A stretch of DNA of 64,000 bases from Eledone cirrhosa (GCA_964016885.1 OZ024743.1:234422001-234486000), one strand, 5' to 3'; shown: positions 35,801 to 52,400, numbered from the stretch's first letter. A program made the numbers and translations. Notes: generated by a model not told the origin, from the sequence alone.

Positions 35801-37481
35801 ATTGCTTGCTGACCACGATATTCATGTAAACGTAATGTACAGACTTCATCTCTCTCCCTCCACAAATCTTAATTCTAGCGTATTTTCAAAACAATCCATA
35901 TTTCGCTAAAACAAACTACATTTTCTGTTTCTATTAATTGCTAAATACGTAGGTTTTTGGACGTATTTAACAGAACAAATTTTGTATTTTTGTTAATCGC
36001 TTGTTAAATGCATGGACCCCATTCAATCATTACCTTCTTGCTAGCTATTTTCAAACCTTAATTCCTAACGTATTTTCAAACCTCAATCCCTAATTCTAGC
36101 GTATCTTCAAAACAAAAAACAAAATCCTTTCCTTCTTCCTTCTTCGAAGGCACGGGGCGGTCAAACGCCTAACACTCACAGCCATCATGTGGCCCCCTCC
36201 CCTCGCTCTCTCTCACTCTCTCTCTCTCTCTATAAATATATGATAGGAATTCACTTCGCCAAATTTCATTTCATTGCTTGCTGACCACGATATTCATGTA
36301 AACGTAATGTACAGACTTCATCTCTCTCCCTCCACAAATCTTAATTCTAGCGTATTTTCAAAACAATCCATATTTCGCTAAAACAAACTACATTTTCTGT
36401 TTCTATTAATTGCTAAATACGTAGGTTTTTGGACGTATTTAACAGAACAAATTTTGTATTTTTGTTAATCGCTTGTTAAATGCATGGACCCCATTCAATC
36501 ATTACCTTCTTGCTAGCTATTTTCAAACCTTAATTCCTAACGTATTTTCAAACCTCAATCCCTAATTCTAGCGTATCTTCAAAACAAAAAACAAAATCCT
36601 TTCCTTCTTCCTTCTTCGAAGGCACGGGGCGGTCAAACGCCTAACACTCACAGCCATCATGTGGCCCCCTCCCCTCGCTCTCTCTCACTCTCTCTCTCTC
36701 TCTATAAATATATGATAGGAATTCACTTCGCCAAATTTCATTTCATTGCTTGCTTACCACGATATTCATGTAAACGTAATGTACAGACTTCATCTCTCTC
36801 CCTCCACAAATCTTAATTCTAGCGTATTTTCAAAACAATCCATATTTCGCTAAAACAAACTACATTTTCTGTTTCTATTAATTGCTAAATACGTAGGTTT
36901 TTGGACGTATTTAACAGAACAAATTTTGTATTTTTGTTAATCGCTTGTTAAATGCATGGACCCCATTCAATCATTACCTTCTTGCTAGCTATTTTCAAAC
37001 CTTAATTCCTAACGTATTTTCAAACCTCAATCCCTAATTCTAGCGTATCTTCAAAACAAAAAACAAAATCCTTTCCTTCTTCCTTCTTCGAAGGCACGGG
37101 GCGGTCAAACGCCTAACACTCACAGCCATCATGTGGCCCCCTCCCCTCGCTCTCTCTCACTCTCTCTCTCTCTCTATAAATATATGATAGGAATTCACTT
37201 CGCCAAATTTCATTTCATTGCTTGCTGACCACGATATTCATGTAAACGTAATGTACAGACTTCATCTCTCTCCCTCCACAAATCTTAATTCTAGCGTATT
37301 TTCAAAACAATCCATATTTCGCTAAAACAAACTACATTTTCTGTTTCTATTAATTGCTAAATACGTAGGTTTTTGGACGTATTTAACAGAACAAATTTTG
37401 TATTTTTGTTAATCGCTTGTTAAATGCATGGACCCCATTCAATCATTACCTTCTTGCTAGCTATTTTCAAACCTTAATTCC

Positions 37482-40400
37482 TAACGTATTTTCAAACCTC
37501 AATCCCTAATTCTAGCGTATCTTCAAAACAAAAAAACAAAATCCTTTCCTTCTTCCTTCTTCGAAGGCACGGGGCGGTCAAACGCCTAACACTCACAGCC
37601 ATCATGTGGCCCCCTCCCCTCGCTCTCTCTCACTCTCTCTCTCTATAAATATATGATAGGAATTCACTTCGCCAAATTTCATTTCATTGCTTGCTGACCA
37701 CGATATTCATGTAAACGTAATGTACAGACTTCATCTCTCTCCCTCCACAAATCTTAATTCTAGCGTATTTTCAAAACAATCCATATTTCGCTAAAACAAA
37801 CTACATTTTCTGTTTCTATTAATTGCTAAATACGTAGGTTTTTGGACGTATTTAACAGAACAAATTTTGTATTTTTGTTAATCGCTTGTTAAATGCATGG
37901 ACCCCATTCAATCATTACCTTCTTGCTAGCTATTTTCAAACCTTAATTCCTAACGTATTTTCAAACCTCAATCCCTAATTCTAGCGTATCTTCAAAACAA
38001 AAAAACAAAATCCTTTCCTTCTTCCTTCTTCGAAGGCACGGGGCGGTCAAACGCCTAACACTCACAGCCATCATGTGGCCCCCTCCCCTCGCTCTCTCTC
38101 ACTCTCTCTCTCTCTCTATAAATATATGATAGGAATTCACTTCGCCAAATTTCATTTCATTGCTTGCTGACCACGATATTCATGTAAACGTAATGTACAG
38201 ACTTCATTTCTCTCCCTCCACAAATCTTAATTCTAGCGTATTTTCAAAACAATCCATATTTCGCTAAAACAAACTACATTTTCTGTTTCTATTAATTGCT
38301 AAATACGTAGGTTTTTGGACGTATTTAACAGAACAAATTTTGTATTTTTGTTAATCGCTTGTTAAATGCATGGACCCCATTCAATCATTACCTTCTTGCT
38401 AGCTATTTTCAAACCTTAATTCCTAACGTATTTTCAAACCTCAATCCCTAATTCTAGCGTATCTTCAAAACAAAAAACAAAATCCTTTCCTTCTTCCTTC
38501 TTCGAAGGCACGGGGCGGTCAAACGCCTAACACTCACAGCCAACATGTGGCCCCCTCCCCTCGCTCTCTCTCACTCTCTCTCTCTCTCTATAAATATATG
38601 ATAGGAATTCACTTCGCCAAATTTCATTTCATTGCTTGCTTACCACGATATTCATGTAAACGTAATGTACAGACTTCATCTCTCTCCCTCCACAAATCTT
38701 AATTCTAGCGTATTTTCAAAACAATCCATATTTCGCTAAAACAAACTACATTTTCTGTTTCTATTAATTGCTAAATACGTAGGTTTTTGGACGTATTTAA
38801 CAGAACAAATTTTGTATTTTTGTTAATCGCTTGTTAAATGCATGGACCCCATTCAATCATTACCTTCTTGCTAGCTATTTTCAAACCTTAATTCCTAACG
38901 TATTTTCAAACCTCAATCCCTAATTCTAGCGTATCTTCAAAACAAAAAACAAAATCCTTTCCTTCTTCCTTCTTCGAAGGCACGGGGCGGTCAAACGCCT
39001 AACACTCACAGCCATCATGTGGCCCCCTCCCCTCGCTCTCTCTCACTCTCTCTCTCTCTATAAATATATGATAGGAATTCACTTCGCCAAATTTCATTTC
39101 ATTGCTTGCTGACCACGATATTCATGTAAACGTAATGTACAGACTTCATCTCTCTCCCTCCACAAATCTTAATTCTAGCGTATTTTCAAAACAATCCATA
39201 TTTCGCTAAAACAAACTACATTTTCTGTTTCTATTAATTGCTAAATACGTAGGTTTTTGGACGTATTTAACAGAACAAATTTTGTATTTTTGTTAATCGC
39301 TTGTTAAATGCATGGACCCCATTCAATCATTACCTTCTTGCTAGCTATTTTCAAACCTTAATTCCTAACGTATTTTCAAACCTCAATCCCTAATTCTAGC
39401 GTATCTTCAAAACAAAAAACAAAATCCTTTCCTTCTTCCTTCTTCGAAGGCACGGGGCGGTCAAACGCCTAACACTCACAGCCATCATGTGGCCCCCTCC
39501 CCTCGCTCTCTCTCACTCTCTCTCTCTCTCTATAAATATATGATAGGAATTCACTTCGCCAAATTTCATTTCATTGCTTGCTGTCCACGATATTCATGTA
39601 AACGTAATGTACAGACTTCATCTCTCTCCCTCCACAAATCTTAATTCTAGCGTATTTTCAAAACAATCCATATTTCGCTAAAACAAACTACATTTTCTGT
39701 TTCTATTAATTGCTAAATACGTAGGTTTTTGGACGTATTTAACAGAACAAATTTTGTATTTTTGTTAATCGCTTGTTAAATGCATGGACCCCATTCAATC
39801 ATTACCTTCTTGCTAGCTATTTTCAAACCTTAATTCCTAACGTATTTTCAAACCTCAATCCCTAATTCTAGCGTATCTTCAAAACAAAAAACAAAATCCT
39901 TTCCTTCTTCCTTCTTCGAAGGCACGGGGCGGTCAAACGCCTAACACTCACAGCCATCATGTGGCCCCCTCCCCTCGCTCTCTCTCACTCTCTCTCTCTC
40001 TCTATAAATATATGATAGGAATTCACTTCGCCAAATTTCATTTCATTGCTTGCTGACCACGATATTCATGTAAACGTAATGTACAGACTTCATCTCTCTC
40101 CCTCCACAAATCTTAATTCTAGCGTATTTTCAAAACAATCCATATTTCGCTAAAACAAACTACATTTTCTGTTTCTATTAATTGCTAAATACGTAGGTTT
40201 TTGGACGTATTTAACAGAACAAATTTTGTATTTTTGTTAATCGCTTGTTAAATGCATGGACCCCATTCAATCATTACCTTCTTGCTAGCTATTTTCAAAC
40301 CTTAATTCCTAACGTATTTTCAAACCTCAATCCCTAATTCTAGCGTATCTTCAAAACAAAAAACAAAATCCTTTCCTTCTTCCTTCTTCGAAGGCACGGG

Positions 40401-43400
40401 GCGGTCAAACGCCTAACACTCACAGCCATCATGTGGCCCCCTCCCCTCGCTCTCTCTCACTCTCTCTCTCTCTCTCTATAAATATATGATAGGAATTCAC
40501 TTCGCCAAATTTCATTTCATTGCTTGCTTACCACGATATTCATGTAAACGTAATGTACAGACTTCATCTCTCTCCCTCCACAAATCTTAATTCTAGCGTA
40601 TTTTCAAAACAATCCATATTTCGCTAAAACAAACTACATTTTCTGTTTCTATTAATTGCTAAATACGTAGGTTTTTGGACGTATTTAACAGAACAAATTT
40701 TGTATTTTTGTTAATCGCTTGTTAAATGCATGGACCCCATTCAATCATTACCTTCTTGCTAGCTATTTTCAAACCTTAATTCCTAACGTATTTTCAAACC
40801 TCAATCCCTAATTCTAGCGTATCTTCAAAACAAAAAACAAAATCCTTTCCTTCTTCCTTCTTCGAAGGCACGGGGCGGTCAAACGCCTAACACTCACAGC
40901 CATCATGTGGCCCCCTCCCCTCGCTCTCTCTCACTCTCTCTCTCTCTCTATAAATATATGATAGGAATTCACTTCGCCAAATTTCATTTCATTGCTTGCT
41001 TACCACGATATTCATGTAAACGTAATGTACAGACTTCATCTCTCTCCCTCCACAAATCTTAATTCTAGCGTATTTTCAAAACAATCCATATTTCGCTAAA
41101 ACAAACTACATTTTCTGTTTCTATTAATTGCTAAATACGTAGGTTTTTGGACGTATTTAACAGAACAAATTTTGTATTTTTGTTAATCGCTTGTTAAATG
41201 CATGGACCCCATTCAATCATTACCTTCTTGCTAGCTATTTTCAAACCTTAATTCCTAACGTATTTTCAAACCTCAATCCCTAATTCTAGCGTATCTTCAA
41301 AACAAAAAACAAAATCCTTTCCTTCTTCCTTCTTCGAAGGCACGGGGCGGTCAAACGCCTAACACTCACAGCCATCATGTGGCCCCCTCCCCTCGCTCTC
41401 TCTCACTCTCTCTCTCTCTCTATAAATATATGATAGGAATTCACTTCGCCAAATTTCATTTCATTGCTTGCTGACCACGATATTCATGTAAACGTAATGT
41501 ACAGACTTCATCTCTCTCCCTCCACAAATCTTAATTCTAGCGTATTTTCAAAACAATCCATATTTCGCTAAAACAAACTACATTTTCTGTTTCTATTAAT
41601 TGCTAAATACGTAGGTTTTTGGACGTATTTAACAGAACAAATTTTGTATTTTTGTTAATCGCTTGTTAAATGCATGGACCCCATTCAATCATTACCTTCT
41701 TGCTAGCTATTTTCAAACCTTAATTCCTAACGTATTTTCAAACCTCAATCCCTAATTCTAGCGTATCTTCAAAACAAAAAACAAAATCCTTTCCTTCTTC
41801 CTTCTTCGAAGGCACGGGGCGGTCAAACGCCTAACACTCACAGCCATCATGTGGCCCCCTCCCCTCGCTCTCTCTCACTCTCTCTCTCTCTATATAAATA
41901 TATGATAGGAATTCACTTCGCCAAATTTCATTTCATTGCTTGCTTACCACGATATTCATGTAAACGTAATGTACAGACTTCATCTCTCTCCCTCCACAAA
42001 TCTTAATTCTAGCGTATTTTCAAAACAATCCATATTTCGCTAAAACAAACTACATTTTCTGTTTCTATTAATTGCTAAATACGTAGGTTTTTGGACGTAT
42101 TTAACAGAACAAATTTTGTATTTTTGTTAATCGCTTGTTAAATGCATGGACCCCATTCAATCATTACCTTCTTGCTAGCTATTTTCAAACCTTAATTCCT
42201 AACGTATTTTCAAACCTCAATCCCTAATTCTAGCGTATCTTCAAAACAAAAAACAAAATCCTTTCCTTCTTCCTTCTTCGAAGGCACGGGGCGGTCAAAC
42301 GCCTAACACTCACAGCCATCATGTGGCCCCCTCCCCTCGCTCTCTCTCACTCTCTCTCTCTCTCTATAAATATATGATAGGAATTCACTTCGCCAAATTT
42401 CATTTCATTGCTTGCTGACCACGATATTCATGTAAACGTAATGTACAGACTTCATCTCTCTCCCTCCACAAATCTTAATTCTAGCGTATTTTCAAAACAA
42501 TCCATATTTCGCTAAAACAAACTACATTTTCTGTTTCTATTAATTGCTAAATACGTAGGTTTTTGGACGTATTTAACAGAACAAATTTTGTATTTTTGTT
42601 AATCGCTTGTTAAATGCATGGACCCCATTCAATCATTACCTTCTTGCTAGCTATTTTCAAACCTTAATTCCTAACGTATTTTCAAACCTCAATCCCTAAT
42701 TCTAGCGTATCTTCAAAACAAAAAACAAAATCCTTTCCTTCTTCCTTCTTCGAAGGCACGGGGCGGTCAAACGCCTAACACTCACAGCCATCATGTGGCC
42801 CCCTCCCCTCGCTCTCTCTCACTCTCTCTCTCTCTCTATAAATATATGATAGGAATTCACTTCGCCAAATTTCATTTCATTGCTTGCTGACCACGATATT
42901 CATGTAAACGTAATGTACAGACTTCATCTCTCTCCCTCCACAAATCTTAATTCTAGCGTATTTTCAAAACAATCCATATTTCGCTAAAACAAACTACATT
43001 TTCTGTTTCTATTAATTGCTAAATACGTAGGTTTTTGGACGTATTTAACAGAACAAATTTTGTATTTTTGTTAATCGCTTGTTAAATGCATGGACCCCAT
43101 TCAATCATTACCTTCTTGCTAGCTATTTTCAAACCTTAATTCCTAACGTATTTTCAAACCTCAATCCCTAATTCTAGCGTATCTTCAAAACAAAAAACAA
43201 AATCCTTTCCTTCTTCCTTCTTCGAAGGCACGGGGCGGTCAAACGCCTAACACTCACAGCCATCATGTGGCCCCCTCCCCTCGCTCTCTCTCACTCTCTC
43301 TCTCTCTCTATAAATATATGATAGGAATTCACTTCGCCAAATTTCATTTCATTGCTTGCTGACCACGATATTCATGTAAACGTAATGTACAGACTTCATC

Positions 43401-46400
43401 TCTCTCCCTCCACAAATCTTAATTCTAGCGTATTTTCAAAACAATCCATATTTCGCTAAAACAAACTACATTTTCTGTTTCTATTAATTGCTAAATACGT
43501 AGGTTTTTGGACGTATTTAACAGAACAAATTTTGTATTTTTGTTAATCGCTTGTTAAATGCATGGACCCCATTCAATCATTACCTTCTTGCTAGCTATTT
43601 TCAAACCTTAATTCCTAACGTATTTTCAAACCTCAATCCCTAATTCTAGCGTATCTTCAAAACAAAAAACAAAATCCTTTCCTTCTTCCTTCTTCGAAGG
43701 CACGGGGCGGTCAAACGCCTAACACTCACAGCCATCATGTGGCCCCCTCCCCTCGCTCTCTCTCACTCTCTCTCTCTCTCTATAAATATATGATAGGAAT
43801 TCACTTCGCCAAATTTCATTTCATTGCTTGCTTACCACGATATTCATGTAAACGTAATGTACAGACTTCATCTCTCTCCCTCCACAAATCTTAATTCTAG
43901 CGTATTTTCAAAACAATCCATATTTCGCTAAAACAAACTACATTTTCTGTTTCTATTAATTGCTAAATACGTAGGTTTTTGGACGTATTTAACAGAACAA
44001 ATTTTGTATTTTTGTTAATCGCTTGTTAAATGCATGGACCCCCATTCAATCATTACCTTCTTGCTAGCTATTTTCAAACCTTAATTCCTAACGTATTTTC
44101 AAACCTCAATCCCTAATTCTAGCGTATCTTCAAAACAAAAAACAAAATCCTTTCCTTCTTCCTTCTTCGAAGGCACGGGGCGGTCAAACGCCTAACACTC
44201 ACATCCATCATGTGGCCCCCTCCCCTCGCTCTCTCTCACTCTCTCTCTCTCTCTCTATAAATATATGATAGGAATTCACTTCGCCAAATTTCATTTCATT
44301 GCTTGCTTACCACGATATTCATGTAAACGTAATGTACAGACTTCATCTCTCTCCCTCCACAAATCTTAATTCTAGCGTATTTTCAAAACAATCCATATTT
44401 CGCTAAAACAAACTACATTTTCTGTTTCTATTAATTGCTAAATACGTAGGTTTTTGGACGTATTTAACAGAACAAATTTTGTATTTTTGTTAATCGCTTG
44501 TTAAATGCATGGACCCCCATTCAATCATTACCTTCTTGCTAGCTATTTTCAAACCTTAATTCCTAACGTATTTTCAAACCTCAATCCCTAATTCTAGCGT
44601 ATCTTCAAAACAAAAAACAAAATCCTTTCCTTCTTCCTTCTTCGAAGGCACGGGGCGGTCAAACGCCTAACACTCACAGCCATCATGTGGCCCCCTCCCC
44701 TCGCTCTCTCTCACTCTCTCTCTCTCTATATAAATATATGATAGGAATTCACTTCGCCAAATTTCATTTCATTGCTTGCTTACCACGATATTCATGTAAA
44801 CGTAATGTACAGACTTCATCTCTCTCCCTCCACAAATCTTAATTCTAGCGTATTTTCAAAACAATCCATATTTCGCTAAAACAAACTACATTTTCTGTTT
44901 CTATTAATTGCTAAATACGTAGGTTTTTGGACGTATTTAACAGAACAAATTTTGTATTTTTGTTAATCGCTTGTTAAATGCATGGACCCCATTCAATCAT
45001 TACCTTCTTGCTAGCTATTTTCAAACCTTAATTCCTAACGTATTTTCAAACCTCAATCCCTAATTCTAGCGTATCTTCAAAACAAAAAACAAAATCCTTT
45101 CCTTCTTCCTTCTTCGAAGGCACGGGGCGGTCAAACGCCTAACACTCACAGCCATCATGTGGCCCCCTCCCCTCGCTCTCTCTCACTCTCTCTCTCTCTC
45201 TATAAATATATGATAGGAATTCACTTCGCCAAATTTCATTTCATTGCTGTCCACGATATTCATGTAAACGTAATGTACAGACTTCATCTCTCTCCCTCCA
45301 CAAATCTTAATTCTAGCGTATTTTCAAAACAATCCATATTTCGCTAAAACAAACTACATTTTCTGTTTCTATTAATTGCTAAATACGTAGGTTTTTGGAC
45401 GTATTTAACAGAACAAATTTTGTATTTTTGTTAATCGCTTGTTAAATGCATGGACCCCATTCAATCATTACCTTCTTGCTAGCTATTTTCAAACCTTAAT
45501 TCCTAACGTATTTTCAAACCTCAATCCCTAATTCTAGCGTATCTTCAAAACAAAAAACAAAATCCTTTCCTTCTTCCTTCTTCGAAGGCACGGGGCGGTC
45601 AAACGCCTAACACTCACAGCCATCATGTGGCCCCCTCCCCTCGCTCTCTCTCACTCTCTCTCTCTCTCTATAAATATATGATAGGAATTCACTTCGCCAA
45701 ATTTCATTTCATTGCTTGCTGACCACGATATTCATGTAAACGTAATGTACAGACTTCATCTCTCTCCCTCCACAAATCTTAATTCTAGCGTATTTTCAAA
45801 ACAATCCATATTTCGCTAAAACAAACTACATTTTCTGTTTCTATTAATTGCTAAATACGTAGGTTTTTGGACGTATTTAACAGAACAAATTTTGTATTTT
45901 TGTTAATCGCTTGTTAAATGCATGGACCCCATTCAATCATTACCTTCTTGCTAGCTATTTTCAAACCTTAATTCCTAACGTATTTTCAAACCTCAATCCC
46001 TAATTCTAGCGTATCTTCAAAACAAAAAAACAAAATCCTTTCCTTCTTCCTTCTTCGAAGGCACGGGGCGGTCAAACGCCTAACACTCACAGCCATCATG
46101 TGGCCCCCTCCCCTCGCTCTCTCTCACTCTCTCTCTCTATAAATATATGATAGGAATTCACTTCGCCAAATTTCATTTCATTGCTTGCTGACCACGATAT
46201 TCATGTAAACGTAATGTACAGACTTCATCTCTCTCCCTCCACAAATCTTAATTCTAGCGTATTTTCAAAACAATCCATATTTCGCTAAAACAAACTACAT
46301 TTTCTGTTTCTATTAATTGCTAAATACGTAGGTTTTTGGACGTATTTAACAGAACAAATTTTGTATTTTTGTTAATCGCTTGTTAAATGCATGGACCCCA

Positions 46401-49400
46401 TTCAATCATTACCTTCTTGCTAGCTATTTTCAAACCTTAATTCCTAACGTATTTTCAAACCTCAATCCCTAATTCTAGCGTATCTTCAAAACAAAAAAAC
46501 AAAATCCTTTCCTTCTTCCTTCTTCGAAGGCACGGGGCGGTCAAACGCCTAACACTCACAGCCATCATGTGGCCCCCTCCCCTCGCTCTCTCTCACTCTC
46601 TCTCTCTCTCTATAAATATATGATAGGAATTCACTTCGCCAAATTTCATTTCATTGCTTGCTGACCACGATATTCATGTAAACGTAATGTACAGACTTCT
46701 TTTCTCTCCCTCCACAAATCTTAATTCTAGCGTATTTTCAAAACAATCCATATTTCGCTAAAACAAACTACATTTTCTGTTTCTATTAATTGCTAAATAC
46801 GTAGGTTTTTGGACGTATTTAACAGAACAAATTTTGTATTTTTGTTAATCGCTTGTTAAATGCATGGACCCCATTCAATCATTACCTTCTTGCTAGCTAT
46901 TTTCAAACCTTAATTCCTAACGTATTTTCAAACCTCAATCCCTAATTCTAGCGTATCTTCAAAACAAAAAACAAAATCCTTTCCTTCTTCCTTCTTCGAA
47001 GGCACGGGGCGGTCAAACGCCTAACACTCACAGCCAACATGTGGCCCCCTCCCCTCGCTCTCTCTCACTCTCTCTCTCTCTCTATAAATATATGATAGGA
47101 ATTCACTTCGCCAAATTTCATTTCATTGCTTGCTTACCACGATATTCATGTAAACGTAATGTACAGACTTCATCTCTCTCCCTCCACAAATCTTAATTCT
47201 AGCGTATTTTCAAAACAATCCATATTTCGCTAAAACAAACTACATTTTCTGTTTCTATTAATTGCTAAATACGTAGGTTTTTGGACGTATTTAACAGAAC
47301 AAATTTTGTATTTTTGTTAATCGCTTGTTAAATGCATGGACCCCATTCAATCATTACCTTCTTGCTAGCTATTTTCAAACCTTAATTCCTAACGTATTTT
47401 CAAACCTCAATCCCTAATTCTAGCGTATCTTCAAAACAAAAAACAAAATCCTTTCCTTCTTCCTTCTTCGAAGGCACGGGGCGGTCAAACGCCTAACACT
47501 CATAGCCATCATGTGGCCCCCTCCCCTCGCTCTCTCTCACTCTCTCTCTCTCTCTCTATAAATATATGATAGGAATTCACTTCGCCAAATTTCATTTCAT
47601 TGCTTGCTGACCACGATATTCATGTAAACGTAATGTACAGACTTCATCTCTCTCCCTCCACAAATCTTAATTCTAGCGTATTTTCAAAACAATCCATATT
47701 TCGCTAAAACAAACTACATTTTCTGTTTCTATTAATTGCTAAATACGTAGGTTTTTGGACGTATTTAACAGAACAAATTTTGTATTTTTGTTAATCGCTT
47801 GTTAAATGCATGGACCCCATTCAATCATTACCTTCTTGCTAGCTATTTTCAAACCTTAATTCCTAACGTATTTTCAAACCTCAATCCCTAATTCTAGCGT
47901 ATCTTCAAAACAAAAAACAAAATCCTTTCCTTCTTCCTTCTTCGAAGGCACGGGGCGGTCAAACGCCTAACACTCACAGCCATCATGTGGCCCCCTCCCC
48001 TCGCTCTCTCTCACTCTCTCTCTCTCTCTATAAATATATGATAGGAATTCACTTCGCCAAATTTCATTTCATTGCTTGCTGTCCACGATATTCATGTAAA
48101 CGTAATGTACAGACTTCATCTCTCTCCCTCCACAAATCTTAATTCTAGCGTATTTTCAAAACAATCCATATTTCGCTAAAACAAACTACATTTTCTGTTT
48201 CTATTAATTGCTAAATACGTAGGTTTTTGGACGTATTTAACAGAACAAATTTTGTATTTTTGTTAATCGCTTGTTAAATGCATGGACCCCATTCAATCAT
48301 TACCTTCTTGCTAGCTATTTTCAAACCTTAATTCCTAACGTATTTTCAAACCTCAATCCCTAATTCTAGCGTATCTTCAAAACAAAAAACAAAATCCTTT
48401 CCTTCTTCCTTCTTCGAAGGCACGGGGCGGTCAAACGCCTAACACTCACAGCCATCATGTGGCCCCCTCCCCTCGCTCTCTCTCACTCTCTCTCTCTCTC
48501 TCTATAAATATATGATAGGAATTCACTTCGCCAAATTTCATTTCATTGCTTGCTTACCACGATATTCATGTAAACGTAATGTACAGACTTCATCTCTCTC
48601 CCTCCACAAATCTTAATTCTAGCGTATTTTCAAAACAATCCATATTTCGCTAAAACAAACTACATTTTCTGTTTCTATTAATTGCTAAATACGTAGGTTT
48701 TTGGACGTATTTAACAGAACAAATTTTGTATTTTTGTTAATCGCTTGTTAAATGCATGGACCCCATTCAATCATTACCTTCTTGCTAGCTATTTTCAAAC
48801 CTTAATTCCTAACGTATTTTCAAACCTCAATCCCTAATTCTAGCGTATCTTCAAAACAAAAAACAAAATCCTTTCCTTCTTCCTTCTTCGAAGGCACGGG
48901 GCGGTCAAACGCCTAACACTCACAGCCATCATGTGGCCCCCTCCCCTCGCTCTCTCTCACTCTCTCTCTCTCTCTATAAATATATGATAGGAATTCACTT
49001 CGCCAAATTTCATTTCATTGCTTGCTTACCACGATATTCATGTAAACGTAATGTACAGACTTCATCTCTCTCCCTCCACAAATCTTAATTCTAGCGTATT
49101 TTCAAAACAATCCATATTTCGCTAAAACAAACTACATTTTCTGTTTCTATTAATTGCTAAATACGTAGGTTTTTGGACGTATTTAACAGAACAAATTTTG
49201 TATTTTTGTTAATCGCTTGTTAAATGCATGGACCCCATTCAATCATTACCTTCTTGCTAGCTATTTTCAAACCTTAATTCCTAACGTATTTTCAAACCTC
49301 AATCCCTAATTCTAGCGTATCTTCAAAACAAAAAACAAAATCCTTTCCTTCTTCCTTCTTCGAAGGCACGGGGCGGTCAAACGCCTAACACTCACAGCCA

Positions 49401-52400
49401 TCATGTGGCCCCCTCCCCTCGCTCTCTCTCACTCTCTCTCTCTCTCTATAAATATATGATAGGAATTCACTTCGCCAAATTTCATTTCATTGCTTGCTGA
49501 CCACGATATTCATGTAAACGTAATGTACAGACTTCATCTCTCTCCCTCCACAAATCTTAATTCTAGCGTATTTTCAAAACAATCCATATTTCGCTAAAAC
49601 AAACTACATTTTCTGTTTCTATTAATTGCTAAATACGTAGGTTTTTGGACGTATTTAACAGAACAAATTTTGTATTTTTGTTAATCGCTTGTTAAATGCA
49701 TGGACCCCATTCAATCATTACCTTCTTGCTAGCTATTTTCAAACCTTAATTCCTAACGTATTTTCAAACCTCAATCCCTAATTCTAGCGTATCTTCAAAA
49801 CAAAAAACAAAATCCTTTCCTTCTTCCTTCTTCGAAGGCACGGGGCGGTCAAACGCCTAACACTCACAGCCATCATGTGGCCCCCTCCCCTCGCTCTCTC
49901 TCACTCTCTCTCTCTCTATATAAATATATGATAGGAATTCACTTCGCCAAATTTCATTTCATTGCTTGCTTACCACGATATTCATGTAAACGTAATGTAC
50001 AGACTTCATCTCTCTCCCTCCACAAATCTTAATTCTAGCGTATTTTCAAAACAATCCATATTTCGCTAAAACAAACTACATTTTCTGTTTCTATTAATTG
50101 CTAAATACGTAGGTTTTTGGACGTATTTAACAGAACAAATTTTGTATTTTTGTTAATCGCTTGTTAAATGCATGGACCCCATTCAATCATTACCTTCTTG
50201 CTAGCTATTTTCAAACCTTAATTCCTAACGTATTTTCAAACCTCAATCCCTAATTCTAGCGTATCTTCAAAACAAAAAACAAAATCCTTTCCTTCTTCCT
50301 TCTTCGAAGGCACGGGGCGGTCAAACGCCTAACACTCACAGCCATCATGTGGCCCCCTCCCCTCGCTCTCTCTCACTCTCTCTCTCTCTCTATAAATATA
50401 TGATAGGAATTCACTTCGCCAAATTTCATTTCATTGCTTGCTTACCACGATATTCATGTAAACGTAATGTACAGACTTCATCTCTCTCCCTCCACAAATC
50501 TTAATTCTAGCGTATTTTCAAAACAATCCATATTTCGCTAAAACAAACTACATTTTCTGTTTCTATTAATTGCTAAATACGTAGGTTTTTGGACGTATTT
50601 AACAGAACAAATTTTGTATTTTTGTTAATCGCTTGTTAAATGCATGGACCCCATTCAATCATTACCTTCTTGCTAGCTATTTTCAAACCTTAATTCCTAA
50701 CGTATTTTCAAACCTCAATCCCTAATTCTAGCGTATCTTCAAAACAAAAAACAAAATCCTTTCCTTCTTCCTTCTTCGAAGGCACGGGGCGGTCAAACGC
50801 CTAACACTCACAGCCATCATGTGGCCCCCTCCCCTCGCTCTCTCTCACTCTCTCTCTCTCTCTATAAATATATGATAGGAATTCACTTCGCCAAATTTCA
50901 TTTCATTGCTTGCTGACCACGATATTCATGTAAACGTAATGTACAGACTTCATTTCTCTCCCTCCACAAATCTTAATTCTAGCGTATTTTCAAAACAATC
51001 CATATTTCGCTAAAACAAACTACATTTTCTGTTTCTATTAATTGCTAAATACGTAGGTTTTTGGACGTATTTAACAGAACAAATTTTGTATTTTTGTTAA
51101 TCGCTTGTTAAATGCATGGACCCCATTCAATCATTACCTTCTTGCTAGCTATTTTCAAACCTTAATTCCTAACGTATTTTCAAACCTCAATCCCTAATTC
51201 TAGCGTATCTTCAAAACAAAAAACAAAATCCTTTCCTTCTTCCTTCTTCGAAGGCACGGGGCGGTCAAACGCCTAACACTCACAGCCAACATGTGGCCCC
51301 CTCCCCTCGCTCTCTCTCACTCTCTCTCTCTCTCTATAAATATATGATAGGAATTCACTTCGCCAAATTTCATTTCATTGCTTGCTTACCACGATATTCA
51401 TGTAAACGTAATGTACAGACTTCATCTCTCTCCCTCCACAAATCTTAATTCTAGCGTATTTTCAAAACAATCCATATTTCGCTAAAACAAACTACATTTT
51501 CTGTTTCTATTAATTGCTAAATACGTAGGTTTTTGGACGTATTTAACAGAACAAATTTTGTATTTTTGTTAATCGCTTGTTAAATGCATGGACCCCATTC
51601 AATCATTACCTTCTTGCTAGCTATTTTCAAACCTTAATTCCTAACGTATTTTCAAACCTCAATCCCTAATTCTAGCGTATCTTCAAAACAAAAAACAAAA
51701 TCCTTTCCTTCTTCCTTCTTCGAAGGCACGGGGCGGTCAAACGCCTAACACTCACAGCCATCATGTGGCCCCCTCCCCTCGCTCTCTCTCACTCTCTCTC
51801 TCTCTCTATAAATATATGATAGGAATTCACTTCGCCAAATTTCATTTCATTGCTTGCTTACCACGATATTCATGTAAACGTAATGTACAGACTTCATCTC
51901 TCTCCCTCCACAAATCTTAATTCTAGCGTATTTTCAAAACAATCCATATTTCGCTAAAACAAACTACATTTTCTGTTTCTATTAATTGCTAAATACGTAG
52001 GTTTTTGGACGTATTTAACAGAACAAATTTTGTATTTTTGTTAATCGCTTGTTAAATGCATGGACCCCCATTCAATCATTACCTTCTTGCTAGCTATTTT
52101 CAAACCTTAATTCCTAACGTATTTTCAAACCTCAATCCCTAATTCTAGCGTATCTTCAAAACAAAAAACAAAATCCTTTCCTTCTTCCTTCTTCGAAGGC
52201 ACGGGGCGGTCAAACGCCTAACACTCACATCCATCATGTGGCCCCCTCCCCTCGCTCTCTCTCACTCTCTCTCTCTCTCTCTATAAATATATGATAGGAA
52301 TTCACTTCGCCAAATTTCATTTCATTGCTTGCTGCCCACGATATTCATGTAAACGTAATGTACAGACTTCATCTCTCTCCCTCCACAAATCTTAATTCTA

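Noticed and set aside
45159-45347. 62-aa ORF (MAPSPRSLSLSLSL...)
   Set aside because: It exists in one monomer only because of a 4-bp TGCT deletion near 45248. It starts at GTG and translates the CT microsatellite.
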